Below, one piece after another: positions 1 to 12,100 of a stretch of 64,000 bases of DNA. Each line of letters begins with the position of its first letter. Position 1 is the first letter of the stretch. The notes beneath the pieces were generated by a model. It ran no database searches, was not told the origin of the DNA, and saw nothing but the letters and a program-made list of their open reading frames with translations. The stretch comes from Giardia intestinalis (taxonomy: Eukaryota): the NCBI GenBank assembly GCA_000002435.2, contig CM018791.1; one strand, 5' to 3'. A program made the position numbers and the translations under genes.

Positions 1-781
1 TGTCTATAACTCACTAGTGATCTCCTTATCAGAAGATATGAATATGGATTGCAAATCAGTAATTGACCATGGACGTAGAAGACTGCACCATCCTAATTAT
101 CTAGTATTCAATGTTCCTGAGTAATGATTGCGGAACATAAGTCGATATATGCCTGCAGTTATTCACACACTCACCCATTTCAGTACTGTAACAACTGTAA
201 CAAATTTAACCAGCCTACCTTATACCTTTTGCACCTTAACATCCCTTGGAGAAAATGCGCCCACCACACCGGTTACACTCAACGACAAGGTTTGCCTACT
301 GAGCTAACCGTGATGTAAGAGACAAGCTTGCTCAGAAAGTGGCTTTTCAACCTGGTTTATCTCTAGTCTTCATTGCAGCATCTTACCCCAAACTATATCA
401 ACTATTATGCCGGCTGCTCATACAGCTATGGGTACTCTGGGTGTAGCATATCTTTTACTTCATTTTATCCGCTCGGTCAACTAATCCCTACATGCGTCTA
501 TCTGTATCCATCGAGTTTATAGCCTTAGCTTCATTGTAGTTCACGCCTGCTGTCTTCTACTGGTTACCATTGTGTTACTGTTTCTCTATTTCGGTGCATT
601 TTCACAAATTAGGTGCTCGCTTTAAAGTTAGAGTATATCCAATCGCATCCAATCGTCTCTCAAATTGCGAAATATAAGGTTGCACGACACATGCAGGCTA
701 TCCTTCCATTTTTCCAGAAGTTTTCAATCTCATTGCTATCGCATCATATGACATTTGGGCTTTTTTGAGATCGTAAAGAAA

Positions 782-3700
782 ATGGAGCCTCAGGAGATTC
801 TCGGCGCAACTACGTACAGCCAGAACACTGGTAGTGCATCAGACAAGTTCCTGGCCTCAGTCTTCGGGTACTTTTCTGTGGAAGATCCTATTGACGACTT
901 TCTAAAAGACGTAGAGTGGTTTGCATCGGATTTTGTTGATTGCTTTGTCCTTAAACGCAAGTGCCAGAACTACTGGGACAAGATTGTTACGCAGGCAACG
1001 ATTCCTCAAGTAACACAACCGTTCTTTAAAACTTGTGAGAATGCATCCAATGCCTACACAGTTAAATCGTTGTATTTACGTGACACATTTCTCCTGACTG
1101 ATATCCAGCTACATCTTCAGCGAAAATCGTTTGATTTAGCCTTACTAGATTGTATAAAGATTCAGGTGCGATCTGACATCAAATCCCAGAAACAAGCAAA
1201 ACGTCTCGCGATGTTCCTGTATGTTGCTTGCAAGCTCCTTCTTGTTAACGGATATGTCAACGGCAAGTTTGACGACATTGCAACCAGCCTTTTCAACGGA
1301 GAGATTGCCTCTCTATTGGTCACTGCCTTCAACGCTATCTCTCCTTGGGTAGGGGAGCGCCCATTTATTTTTGAGCCGATTATCTCTCTTCTTGCAGAAG
1401 TATTCCTTTACGCATTTGGGTGTACAAAGAATAGGCACAAGCACGAGAATATCCACAAGATATTTGGCAAGTTATTGAAGAAGGAAGAGGCATCCTCGAC
1501 ATCCTCAGTGTCTATTGTGGACGTATGTCTCAGGGTTATTGTATCTAACAGTGCCAAGAGTTCTATCACTAACATGTCAGAAGCCAGGCGACTCCCCGTT
1601 CAGAATCTTGATATCCGCATGCTGCTTGCGTCCTGCAGGCTCTTGCTCTGCGTCCTCAGCGTGCAGAATAATGATGACGAAACTCGAGTCATAGACTACA
1701 TAGAGCGCAAGATTAGGGAGCTCTGCCCCGTGCAAGGTGCTCACTATCAGGCTCTCCCTCACTTGCTGTCTCTCCTGGTAAATCTTATTGATCAAATTAA
1801 GCCAGACTCGCCGCTTTCTCAAGATGTGATAAGCTTCCTCAAAGAAGCTATCGTAGCACTAATCCTTTGTACTAACTATGATAGGAAGCTAGTGGACCTT
1901 TTCAATGCTGAGTTTTGCACATCCGTTGGTAATATTTCAAAGCTTATTGAGACTCTCTATACCACTGAGATTGGAGGCGCTAAAGCAAAGGACTTCTCTG
2001 CTTTGACGCAGATCTTATTTGATGTTTTGCACGCCTCTGTGTTAGGCAATCCCATTCGGCGACATATGAATAGGACGCTTTTACTGCAGAGCAACTTGCT
2101 ATCCTCCACTAACATTCTAGGATATTTCTGGTGTCAACGATATCACTATACAATTACTATTTATACCGATATCATTATGGACATACAGCGCGACGAGTGT
2201 AAAACCGGTTGTGACTCAAAGAACGGTGCTAAGCAAAATGGTAAGAAGGATAAGAATCTTCTAGCGTTGTCAAATAAGAAGATACAAAGCAAAGTATTGA
2301 AAGATGACTCTATGCAATTAACGATACCGGTGAGCTGGGCGTTTATAGATTGTTTTGTGGAGTATAATGAGCGTGATCAGTTGGAACTTTTACCTCTCAT
2401 CTATTCGTTATGTACTAAAACAAGAGAAATATTGGCAATATATATACCTTCGTATTGTAGGGTTTTTGCTGGTAATAAACAGCTCAGTAGATCGAGGTTG
2501 AGGTACTACAGAAGTAAGTACAACAGTAGTAAGAAATCATTACCTGAATGCTTAGATGATGAGGTAGTAGAACACGACCCTTACTCGAGGCAACTGGGCT
2601 CTTGCTTAGCTTTTGAGCTTCGTGTAGAGCTCCATGATATCCACTATAGCACCTGTGACTTGATCTCTCAAGTGCAGCGTCGCGACTCTTCCGTTGGCTT
2701 GTTTTTCCACTGGTATCATCCATCTGTTGGCCTTCACATTAAAATTGTGAAGTCGCTTCAAGCAAGCTTTGCAACGGCGTACTTCACTGAGTCCGGAGGC
2801 GGCGTAGGTATGCACCGCCTCTTTTGCCTGAGCGAATTCAATAACATACAGCTTCCGAGCTGTTCTTTTACTGGGTACGGATACTCTACCGTGTCATCCC
2901 AGCCATTCTCATATATCGAAGACGTCTTAAAAGAGGTATGTGAAAGGGTATATCGGGACGATTCTTCAGTTGATGTCTCAATTAGGCTAAAGGAACTAGA
3001 GAGTGCAACAAAGACAAATACGGAACTAACGCTGTATAGCCCCACCCCTGATACCCAGTCGAACGTTGCTGTCTTCAAGGACCTTACTTTGCACGTTGAT
3101 GGGAAGAGAATGAGTCACCGTAAAGAGTTCACGCGCAAAACTCTCAGGCCTTCTCAGTTTAAGGCCCTCCTGTATGCTGCGCTCTCTCCTCTGACTCTCA
3201 TCTTGGGGTGCCCTGGAAGTGGGAAGTCGACAACTCTGGCGCACATCTCGAAGATGTTTCTGCTGGAGGAAGGTGCCCAATCCAAGTGGGTTCCTGCCCT
3301 GGATGCTAATGGAGTGGAGCGGAATAGACCAAAGTGGAACCGATTCAAAGACCTCTTCTTTTCCTCGATCAGAACATATGAGAGTGTCACTGAAATGGTG
3401 CTAGCCGAGGATGTTGGCGTCCAGCTTTTTATCACCGCACACAGCAACAATGCCGCCGACCAGTTGACACGCTACATCCTCGAGATGGATGGGTGGGACA
3501 AGACGACTCTCCCCTTCATAGTTAGATTGGGGAGTCAGTCGCTTGACTCTAATGTTCTTAAGTTCATGCCCATATACTATCTCTATCGGATTGCTCTGGA
3601 GCTGGACGTGCGACTTGATTCATCATATGATGAGGAAGACAAGTTGAGAACAGGAGATTTGATCGTTCATTTTACATCTATCTCCGAGGCAATACAATGC

Positions 3701-5197
3701 CATATATTGGGGTCTAATTCGTCAAAGGTATATGCAAGATTAACAAGATCTCAGAGAGATGTCCTGTATTGTATTCTGAAAGATATGAATTTCTTCAATC
3801 ATAAGCTCTTGAGCTCGGCGACCATCATTGTCAGCACCACCTCTGGATTTAGCATATATCTGCGCTATTTCACTGACGTGGCCACCGATGGCCTTGAAGA
3901 TTCCCTTCCTTTTGATCCCTTAAAGGGTAGCTCGAAGGTCTATGATGGATATGGCAGATCAATGTACAACCAACTTTCTTGCTTCAGTGGCGGGTCCCAT
4001 ATATTGCGAACGAATAGTTACAGCGACGTCCTGGTCGACTATGACCACACTCCCTCTAATCACACCTCCTACCATTCTAACTTGGTGAAAAGTACTACTG
4101 CATTTAACACAGGCGAAGGGGGCCACCACAGGTACCTGATTGTCGAAGAGGCGGCGCGCCTTTCAGAGCACGAGTTTGCGTCCTTCTTGGTCGCCCCTTT
4201 CGACAAGATCATTCTACTCGGGGATATCCTCCAGCTCCCGCCCCTCATCCAGGATCTGACCATCGCGAGCTCCGGGGCCCTCGACTGGTCTGTCTTCCAC
4301 CGCATTTGCTACTCTCCGCGGGTCAGCGTGCCGATTGTGGCCTTGGAGGAACAGGCACGAAGCGTTCCAGAGATTGCTGACCTCTACCGCTCTTTGTATG
4401 AATCGTCTCTACCTAGATATTGCTCAATAAAGGGTGGCCTGCGAGACATCCCTGGAGTCAAATTCGATAGCTTTGTGGACCAAGCGATCCTGGAAAGGTT
4501 CCATGGGAGGTGCTTCTGTATTCCGAGCAAGAGCATATCTACATATGCTAATTTGATTACTGAGACAGACAGAGCGCTAACCGACTTCTGTCAGCAAATG
4601 AAAGAGTATCAAATTATCAAGAAGCAACCTGAAGACGCGAAGTCAAAGAAAAAAAGAGGCGGAGACATCAGATTGGCAGAGACTAACAGGGACGAGATTA
4701 AGCTGATCTCCTATCTTCTTTATAGTACTCTTGTGCAGGTCACGAACATGATTTTCTCTGGGTCTCACTTGGATAAGCTTGCGTATGACTCGCGAGAGCA
4801 AGAGTATTATCTCCATTTTAGCATTGCTATATTGTCGCTCTATAGTGCACAGGCCGCCCTGCTAAAATCGGACCGATTTATTTCGGATGTCACTAGTGTA
4901 TTTAAGGACCTCAGGCTACCTGCAGGCAATGATAGGAGGGTACGTTTGAGTGTTGACATATCCGTTTCCACGAGTGACGCGTTCCAGGGTCTAGAGGCAG
5001 ACGTCGTGTTTCTCTCAATGGTAAAGCGCACTACTACTGATTTCATCGATAGTCTTCCACGCGCGCTTGTTGCAGTCAGCAGAGCGCGACGACTGGTCGT
5101 CTGTGTTGGAATGGCAGATAAGTCTAAAAATGAGATCTGGATGAATGTGGCCAAGCAGCAGGAGTTGGATTTTTCAAATCTGCTCAGTGAAGCGTAA
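782..5197 (+). CDS. UPF1-like superfamily-1 helicase-domain protein with ~800 aa N-terminal extension
   Basis: The track start at 755 is TTG; the first ATG is at 782 (MEPQEIL...). The C-terminal half carries P-loop LILGCPGSGKSTT, a motif-II-like YLIVEEAARL, motif III LLGDILQLPPL, motif V DAFQGLEADVVFLSMVKR and motif VI LVAVSRARR, in UPF1/Sen1 order. Confidence 0.7.
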   Translation: MEPQEILGATTYSQNTGSASDKFLASVFGYFSVEDPIDDFLKDVEWFASDFVDCFVLKRKCQNYWDKIVTQATIPQVTQPFFKTCENASNAYTVKSLYLRDTFLLTDIQLHLQRKSFDLALLDCIKIQVRSDIKSQKQAKRLAMFLYVACKLLLVNGYVNGKFDDIATSLFNGEIASLLVTAFNAISPWVGERPFIFEPIISLLAEVFLYAFGCTKNRHKHENIHKIFGKLLKKEEASSTSSVSIVDVCLRVIVSNSAKSSITNMSEARRLPVQNLDIRMLLASCRLLLCVLSVQNNDDETRVIDYIERKIRELCPVQGAHYQALPHLLSLLVNLIDQIKPDSPLSQDVISFLKEAIVALILCTNYDRKLVDLFNAEFCTSVGNISKLIETLYTTEIGGAKAKDFSALTQILFDVLHASVLGNPIRRHMNRTLLLQSNLLSSTNILGYFWCQRYHYTITIYTDIIMDIQRDECKTGCDSKNGAKQNGKKDKNLLALSNKKIQSKVLKDDSMQLTIPVSWAFIDCFVEYNERDQLELLPLIYSLCTKTREILAIYIPSYCRVFAGNKQLSRSRLRYYRSKYNSSKKSLPECLDDEVVEHDPYSRQLGSCLAFELRVELHDIHYSTCDLISQVQRRDSSVGLFFHWYHPSVGLHIKIVKSLQASFATAYFTESGGGVGMHRLFCLSEFNNIQLPSCSFTGYGYSTVSSQPFSYIEDVLKEVCERVYRDDSSVDVSIRLKELESATKTNTELTLYSPTPDTQSNVAVFKDLTLHVDGKRMSHRKEFTRKTLRPSQFKALLYAALSPLTLILGCPGSGKSTTLAHISKMFLLEEGAQSKWVPALDANGVERNRPKWNRFKDLFFSSIRTYESVTEMVLAEDVGVQLFITAHSNNAADQLTRYILEMDGWDKTTLPFIVRLGSQSLDSNVLKFMPIYYLYRIALELDVRLDSSYDEEDKLRTGDLIVHFTSISEAIQCHILGSNSSKVYARLTRSQRDVLYCILKDMNFFNHKLLSSATIIVSTTSGFSIYLRYFTDVATDGLEDSLPFDPLKGSSKVYDGYGRSMYNQLSCFSGGSHILRTNSYSDVLVDYDHTPSNHTSYHSNLVKSTTAFNTGEGGHHRYLIVEEAARLSEHEFASFLVAPFDKIILLGDILQLPPLIQDLTIASSGALDWSVFHRICYSPRVSVPIVALEEQARSVPEIADLYRSLYESSLPRYCSIKGGLRDIPGVKFDSFVDQAILERFHGRCFCIPSKSISTYANLITETDRALTDFCQQMKEYQIIKKQPEDAKSKKKRGGDIRLAETNRDEIKLISYLLYSTLVQVTNMIFSGSHLDKLAYDSREQEYYLHFSIAILSLYSAQAALLKSDRFISDVTSVFKDLRLPAGNDRRVRLSVDISVSTSDAFQGLEADVVFLSMVKRTTTDFIDSLPRALVAVSRARRLVVCVGMADKSKNEIWMNVAKQQELDFSNLLSEA

Positions 5198-5458
5198 CGT
5201 CTCTTGTAATTTTAAGCATTGTGTGGTGTAAAAATTCATAGATTGGGTTGGTTATTTATTTAAGATTTGCATTGTACCTAAGAATCTAGGAGTTTCAGAT
5301 TGGTGCCTGTAGCATTTGCTTTTCTGTCAGCACTGTTATCAGTTGGCGTCATATATTAGACACCCAGGACCGCCATTTCAGCTATCTTAAATGCTAGATT
5401 AATACTGATACCTGGAAATACCCCAGAGTCTCGCTCAATGCTAATTTACAGAAGCGAA

Positions 5459-8400
5459 TCATTCTAGGAGAGCCACAAGTTCTGGGTGCCCAGCCTTCAC
5501 AGCAACATCAGCAGGCGTGCATCCAGCGCCGTACTTACTCTTCTCTGTTGTAGTTATTGTCTTTTCTTTTGGATACTTGCGCAGGATGTACTCTATGCAG
5601 GGCTTACTTCCCACCTGGATGGCGTACATTAGAGCGTTCATTCCTTCCTTGGTCTTTGCCCCTACTTCCTTGATCAAGGCCTCCACACATGGTCGATGTC
5701 CTTGGCTCGCCGCGTGCATTAGAGCAGTCATCTTGTGCTTGTCTGTCATGCCTCGCTCAAACTCGAGGAGATACTTGCAGCAATCGTGGTGCCCGTGCAT
5801 TCCGGCAAGCATCATCGCAGTGGTGCCGGAGGGTGTGGCCATCTTTGCTTCAGCCTTTAGATACTGAAGAACCTTTACCTTTCCAGCGCTGGCTGCGTAC
5901 ATGAGGGCCGTCTTTCCTTCCTCATCCGCGAGGGTGGCCTGAGAGGGTGCATAGAGATACACACTAACCACATCGCCCTGCTCAGCAGCATCCATGAGCT
6001 CCGTCTTACGCCCTCCACTGACGTTTGGGGGTTGAATTTCAAAGCCTTCAGGTCCCAAAAGAAGTGACGCCGCCTCTGTGTTTCCATTCAAAAGAGCGAT
6101 CTTTGTTGCAGTATTGTCTATGAAGTCCTTGTCGTCTAGAACCCTGATTCCGGCCTCATATGGAAGCAGAATCTTTATCAATTCAATATTATTTCCACCT
6201 GCAGCCATCATAAGAGCGGTGTAGCCGTCGTTGTTTTCATGTCCGGCTTGCTTTTTGATGTCCTTCTTGACCTCCTCGAAGAGCTTTGTGAGCTTAGCCT
6301 GCTCTTCATCAGTAAGCTGATGGGCACGAGAACTCATAGATCTCCCGTCATCTCCTACTTTGTACGGATCCAACTTCAGGATCTTCTTTATGGCCCTCAT
6401 AACAGTGCTGTTGCCGTTTTCGTCTAGCTTTAAGTTGGTTGGCTTGACAATTTCTCGAGATTTAGTATTCGCAGATTCAGCAGCTTCTCTTGTCGCTAGA
6501 GGGGTATGTGTTTTTGGAGCATCCACAGTGCTAGGGGCATCGTGGTGGTCGTGCTCTCCTACAGATTCCTTAGCTGCTATAGCATTGTCCTTATGAGCCT
6601 CATCTGTAGTTGCATCTTCACTGTGATGGTGCACATTACTCTTAGGGGTCTGCGGTGTTACCTCTTCTTCCTTGAGTGGCTTTATCTGAATAGGGGTGTG
6701 CTGATTAGATTCCAAAGGAGACTCTGCGACTGAAGCAAGCCTGTCGATGGTGTCGTGAAAGTCAGCAGATGGTGGCAGTAACAGATCTGTCTGAACAGCA
6801 GAGTCCGAACAATATGCCGCTGCTTCTACCTCCACGTCAGCGGTTTCTGGCGGAGGAGCGGCTAGTGGCGCAAGATCACTCAGAGACGGCAGAACAATAC
6901 CTGAGGTAAGCGAGTCTTTGCGAAGAAGTCTGTTCGCTTCGCGAACCAAAGCAGAATCAGCACTCTTGACATCCTCTAGCATGGCGGAATGTGTAGACCA
7001 GATTTTATTACATAAGTCAGCAACATGAGAAAGGCCCTCGATGGACTTTTGCTGTGCTTCAGTTGTGTTAGTGACCCACTGAGCTGCATTGCCAGTAATA
7101 GAGATGGCCTTTAAAATTTGATACAGGATGTCGTAAACTTGAGAGCTTCTGGTGAGCATAACGTCTGCCACTGTGTCCAACTTCGATTGCAGATCGATTG
7201 CTTGGGATCGGTATTTATCACACGAAGAGAGGAGCTCAGTGTACTGAAAAGAGTCTGCTGCATCAGCTGGTAGTCGTGGCTTGGATGAGGTTTCGGCTGC
7301 ACCTGCAGTCGTTGGAGTCTCGAGAAACTTATTTATCAGACGCTCCTTTCCTTCAATACACTCCAGCATCTCAACGCATGCAACGCGAAGCTCAGTGGCG
7401 GACATCTTACTGATCTTCTTCAATGTGGACGCAGTGTCTATGTTCGCTGTGGGACTGAGCGGCAGACCTATAACACTCGTTGATCGACCCACTGCACTGG
7501 CCTCCGCTGCACCTGATCTTTGAATGGTGCCCAGCTCATTCTGGTAAGAGTCCATGATCACTGGCGGTATCAGGTTGTCATCTTGATAGGTCTCTTCTGG
7601 TATGAGATCCATCCTGGCCTGATGCATTGTGCACGACTGAAGCTCTGTTCCTGGAACTGTGCTGACATGACTCGCCGGGTCTGAGGTCAATGCATCGGAC
7701 CGGGGACCAGTGATCTGGGTCTCTGCGGTGTCGTGTTCCGGAGAGAGTAGATATGTTGGCCGTGGGATAATGCGATTTGACTGGGCGCGCGGCTTGATGT
7801 GTTTCAAATTCTCAGGGTTCTGGTGCATTAAAATCACTCCGTCCTCGTCGTCCCTATCGTGCATTCCCATCTTAGTCATTCTGTGAATAATTTGCATTTC
7901 GGTGTCATTGTGGCTGGATGGAATACCTGATTTGCCGGCTGCAGAGTCGTTAGCAGTAGCGTTGTTAGTTACCCCATATGCAGAACGAACGCTTTTATTG
8001 CGCATAGCCAGGTTCCGTCGAAATATCTCACCCAAGTCGGAGAGCGGGGGGATCACCGATCCTATTGGTGGGTCGTTCAACGCCATTTTGTTAGCGGCCT
8101 TAAGCGTAGATGTAGCCCGGCCAAAGGACTGGGGCGACTTTTCCACAGGGAGCGCAGGGCTACCCTTTTTGGGTGCCCCGCTGGTAGAGTTAGGACTTTC
8201 GACCTTTCCCAGCTTATCGGTGTGCTGCGAAGGCGACACGTTACTAAAGCGGTTGACAGACGTCGTGTATTGCTTTGCCCCCGGAGAAGTAAAGGGGGAC
8301 TTGGAGCTAGTGGCAGCCAAGGTGGCCCTGTCTCCCAGAGTCTTCACTTTGTGCAGAAGGTGTGCCGTGAGTTTTGTGTGAAGCTGCACGTGGCCGCACT

Positions 8401-8899
8401 CCTCAGCTATCTTCACTGCGCGCTCCAGGTCGGGGACGGAGAACTTCTCACTCTTCGTCAGTAGGTCCACGCAAAGGTGGTAATTATTGTAGGTGGCGTA
8501 GTCAAGGGCTGTGTAGCCTTGCTTGTCGGTTTCGTTCCCGAAGTATGGAATCAGCAGAGGGATGACCCGCGTGCTTCCGTTGGCCGCGGCAATTATGAGG
8601 GGCGTGTAGCCGGTGGAAGACTGGCGAAGCTCCCGCTCCTTCGGGATGAGGACGGAGGCGATGTCGTCGTAGTTCCGCGCGCACGCCAGGAAGAGGGCCG
8701 TTTCGTCGCGGTTGTTCACGAAGCCGGACTCTGTCTCGCTGAGGACCTCGACCATCGTCAGGTCGTTGTTCTTGACGGCGAGCATCAGGGCCGTGCACCC
8801 GTCGTCGTTCCGCGTGCCCGCATACTTGCGCTGGACGGCGCGGACCCCGTTGTAGTTGTGCTGCTCGACAAGCGAGAACCACGCGCGGACGTCCCCCAT
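5459..8899 (-). CDS. ankyrin-repeat protein (Giardia 'protein 21.1'-like), ankyrin blocks at both ends, disordered/coiled-coil middle
   Basis: The ATG was verified (cat at 8897-8899 on +). There are repeated G(x)TALMxAA(x)xG(H) ankyrin motifs in the N-terminal and C-terminal ~250 aa (GCTALMLAVKNN, GYTPLIIAAANG, GYTALMMAAGGNN, GKTALMYAASAGK, MTALMHAASQGH). Confidence 0.7.
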   Translation of the reverse strand: MGDVRAWFSLVEQHNYNGVRAVQRKYAGTRNDDGCTALMLAVKNNDLTMVEVLSETESGFVNNRDETALFLACARNYDDIASVLIPKERELRQSSTGYTPLIIAAANGSTRVIPLLIPYFGNETDKQGYTALDYATYNNYHLCVDLLTKSEKFSVPDLERAVKIAEECGHVQLHTKLTAHLLHKVKTLGDRATLAATSSKSPFTSPGAKQYTTSVNRFSNVSPSQHTDKLGKVESPNSTSGAPKKGSPALPVEKSPQSFGRATSTLKAANKMALNDPPIGSVIPPLSDLGEIFRRNLAMRNKSVRSAYGVTNNATANDSAAGKSGIPSSHNDTEMQIIHRMTKMGMHDRDDEDGVILMHQNPENLKHIKPRAQSNRIIPRPTYLLSPEHDTAETQITGPRSDALTSDPASHVSTVPGTELQSCTMHQARMDLIPEETYQDDNLIPPVIMDSYQNELGTIQRSGAAEASAVGRSTSVIGLPLSPTANIDTASTLKKISKMSATELRVACVEMLECIEGKERLINKFLETPTTAGAAETSSKPRLPADAADSFQYTELLSSCDKYRSQAIDLQSKLDTVADVMLTRSSQVYDILYQILKAISITGNAAQWVTNTTEAQQKSIEGLSHVADLCNKIWSTHSAMLEDVKSADSALVREANRLLRKDSLTSGIVLPSLSDLAPLAAPPPETADVEVEAAAYCSDSAVQTDLLLPPSADFHDTIDRLASVAESPLESNQHTPIQIKPLKEEEVTPQTPKSNVHHHSEDATTDEAHKDNAIAAKESVGEHDHHDAPSTVDAPKTHTPLATREAAESANTKSREIVKPTNLKLDENGNSTVMRAIKKILKLDPYKVGDDGRSMSSRAHQLTDEEQAKLTKLFEEVKKDIKKQAGHENNDGYTALMMAAGGNNIELIKILLPYEAGIRVLDDKDFIDNTATKIALLNGNTEAASLLLGPEGFEIQPPNVSGGRKTELMDAAEQGDVVSVYLYAPSQATLADEEGKTALMYAASAGKVKVLQYLKAEAKMATPSGTTAMMLAGMHGHHDCCKYLLEFERGMTDKHKMTALMHAASQGHRPCVEALIKEVGAKTKEGMNALMYAIQVGSKPCIEYILRKYPKEKTITTTEKSKYGAGCTPADVAVKAGHPELVALLE

Positions 8900-9182
8900 G
8901 GCAACTTTTTATTTACACGCGGGGCATCGGCACGCCGACGCCGTTGAGTGAAGGAGCCTCCTTAAGACGCGCCGCAGGGCTTCCCCGCAGGGAGCCTCAT
9001 CGTCGCACGGGCCAAGCCTCGCTTAACGGCCCTGCGGCAAGGTATCCGCATCAGAAGGTTAGGGGGCGACATGTACGCACAGGGGTTTGGTGGTATTAAC
9101 TCCAAAACTGATCCCGAATGGTATGATCGCTTGCCCCACCCTTTTTCTTTTCCGGGAGAATTCGATTTAAAATGGTTTGCTT

Positions 9183-12100
9183 TTATTCACTCCGAGCACG
9201 GGCAATCCCGGCGAGCTCCTCTGCGTCCTCGCACTCTGCGACCAGCTTGCTGAAGAGCGACTCTGGGTTGCTCAGGAGCGCCCTGGGGGTGTCGAACTCC
9301 TTTACCTCGCCCGCGTCCATAACTATGATTCTGTCGAAGTCGATGATGGTATTGATCCTGTGTGCAATGGCGATAACGACGCGGTCTGCCAGCGCTGTAC
9401 GGATCGTGGACTGGATTATGGCGTCGTTTTCCCGGTCGACCTGGGCGGTGGCCTCATCCAGAATAACCACTGGTGCGTTTCGTAGCAGCGCACGGGCCAC
9501 GCAGACAAGCTGGCGCTGACCTGCAGAGAGGTTGTCCCCGCAGGAAGTGATAGGGGCCTCTAGGCCTTCTAATTGGCTTTCAAAGAAGTCACGCAAACAG
9601 ACCTTTTCCAAAGCCGACCATAACTCCATGTCAGTGTGCCGTCGCACAGTCTTTGGAATCTCACCAACAGGAATTTTCTCTGCCAGCATATGAGAGTACG
9701 GGCAAAGCGATGACCTGAGAGTGCCCTCGAAGACGAAGGGATCCTGTGGGATTATTGTCAAGAAGCTTCTTGCGTCCTTGAGGGGAAGCCTATCTATCGG
9801 ATATCCGTCGATAGAGATGAGGGGTTTGTCGTACTGCCGTGATGGCGGAGAGTCTGTCTCGGCTCGCTCCGGCTCTGCCAGCCGGAAGAGAGCAGCCACT
9901 AGGGATGACTTTCCGGCACCTGTGCGCCCAACAATTCCAATTCTCTCGCCTTTCCGAAACGCAAGGTTCACGTTTATCAGTGTGCAGGGGAGCTCTTTAC
10001 GATGCCTAAAGGACATGCGGCTGATCTGTACATACTCGCCCTCACTAGGCCTCGCTCTACTACCTTCTACATCCTGAGCGGGCGCATCTGCTTCTTCTGG
10101 AGACAGCTTACTATACTCATGCACTCTCTCGAAGCTTGCAAAGCTCCGTTCGAAGAGTATGCTGTATATTAGCACAGAGTTAAGAAGCTCAATGACTTCA
10201 AAGCCATTAAGGAGTACTACGCCAACATAGCGTGCAACATCACCATACGCTGCAATAATGATCACCCCGATGCTGAGCGCAAGGGAGAGCAGGACCGAAA
10301 TGCACGAGTAGTTGAAGGATGCCCATCTATTACAGCAGTACATCATCCACTCAACAGCATACTTGCGTGAAAGGTTCTTCCTGTGAATATTCTGGATGTC
10401 TGCTTGCATCCCACTCGCTCTGACCAAGGGAAGATTGCTAGAGACCTCCTCCACAAGCGTGATGACGGGGCTGGTGACCATGTTACTTAGCCGCTTCACT
10501 TGCGGCGTGATCATCCTGTACCGCCTCAGAAGCAAGATGAATATTATCCCAACTGGCAAAAAGGCGAAGATTGTTGGCCACGCAAAAATCATCGACGTGA
10601 GACTCGACACGCTCACTGAGATGAGCAATTCGCAGAGAGGAGTCATCGTGTCGTAGACGTCTCTATCGCACTCGCGCACGTCTGATGACAATCTATTAAG
10701 GATACGACCCATCGGATTGGTTTCAAAGAAGGACATGCGTGTATGGAGTATTGCGTTCGCCATGCTCTTGTGCGCCTTTGTTGTAGCAGAAATAGAGAAG
10801 TTTATAGTTAGATATCTCATTACTATAATCATGCCAATCAACAGCACCAGTGCCGCTGTGTATAGAAGGGGGTAGAAGTGGCTCGGCATCCCGTAGCGGT
10901 TTGTTGACCATGAATCGATAAAGACGTTCATGAATTGTTGAATCAACTGCGTAATGATATACAACACCAGACAAAGGACGAACTTCCCTATGCCTCCATA
11001 CTTAATCCAGCTGATATAGAGCTCCTTAGAAAGGGCTCCCTTTCCAGAGTGCTGTTCGTCCACAATATTCTTAGTTTTATTGGCCTCGTCGGTATTTGTA
11101 GGTGGATCCACTGAGGACGCCTCTGTACAAATATCGTTCTGACTAGACGCTGCTAGAGATAGCTTGCTGGGGACAGAAATTATGTTCCTCTTCAGAAGGT
11201 CATCCTTCCTCCTTTCGACCGGCTTCTTATCCTGGATCTCGTATACTCTGTCGCAGCTCCCAAAGAATTGTGTCTGATGGCTTGATATGAGAACGGTCTT
11301 CTGCTTCTGCCTTATCAGATATCCCAAGATGCAGTTTTCCCAGAGACGCCGCGCAACGTGGGCGTCAACCGCAGAGAGGGGATCATCGAGAAGGTAGATA
11401 TCGGAATCGGCATAAACGGCGCGGGCTAACGCTATACGGGCCTTTTGCCCACCTGAAAGAGAGGTACCGCGCTCTCCCACCTCTGTGTTAATTCCACTAG
11501 GAAGCACAGCCAAGTCCTTGTCGAGACAGCAGAGGCTTATAACCTTGGCTAGCTTCTGCTCATCCAGGGGCTTGTGAAATATTATATTGCTGATAATAGT
11601 CCCAGACATAACGCAGGGAACCTGAGAATAATAGGCCACAGTTCCTCCGTGGGATATTTTGTCTGTAGATGTTAGCTCTCCGAGTAATGCCATGTGCAAG
11701 GCCGTCTTCCCAGAGCCTACTGCTCCGAATATGCCAACTAGTTCCCCTTTCCTGACAGAAAAGTCTACTCCGTCAAGAACGGGAGAGCTATCTATTGCTT
11801 TCTGCACCTCATACTTACGCAGTGTCTCCGGATCGATAAATTTATATGTCGTTGCCAGTTGCACATATATCCTCTTAAGTTTATTAACAAGGCTTTCGTC
11901 ATTTGTTGATAGGTAGTCTCCTTCAATTATGTTTGCAGGAATTTCTATTTTCGAGGGCAGTGCTATCCGCAGCTGAAGCGCAAAGTGATCAGCTGTTTCT
12001 CCTTGGTGTGTCGGTCTGTGCATCAGATCGACTATCTGTTGAGGAGTGAAGCTACAGAGCAAGGACTCTTTGGCTTCAGACCCCAGAAGGCTCAGGGTTT

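Noticed and set aside
124-318. 64-aa ORF at the window start and the 780-bp leader region
   Set aside because: Short, no motif, and no A-rich initiator context. It is treated as the intergenic or upstream region of the helicase gene.
755-781. ORF-track 'Met' starts that are actually TTG/GTG/CTG (e.g. 755, 13649, 13712, 19963, 25288, 26361, 54642, 58925, 59006, 63523)
   Set aside because: Reading the codons shows non-ATG triplets. Giardia is a eukaryote and uses ATG, so the track evidently applied a prokaryote-style start table. Genes were re-anchored to the first in-frame ATG.
9060-9064. Single TAGGG (Giardia telomere repeat unit)
   Set aside because: One isolated copy is expected by chance; there is no tandem array.
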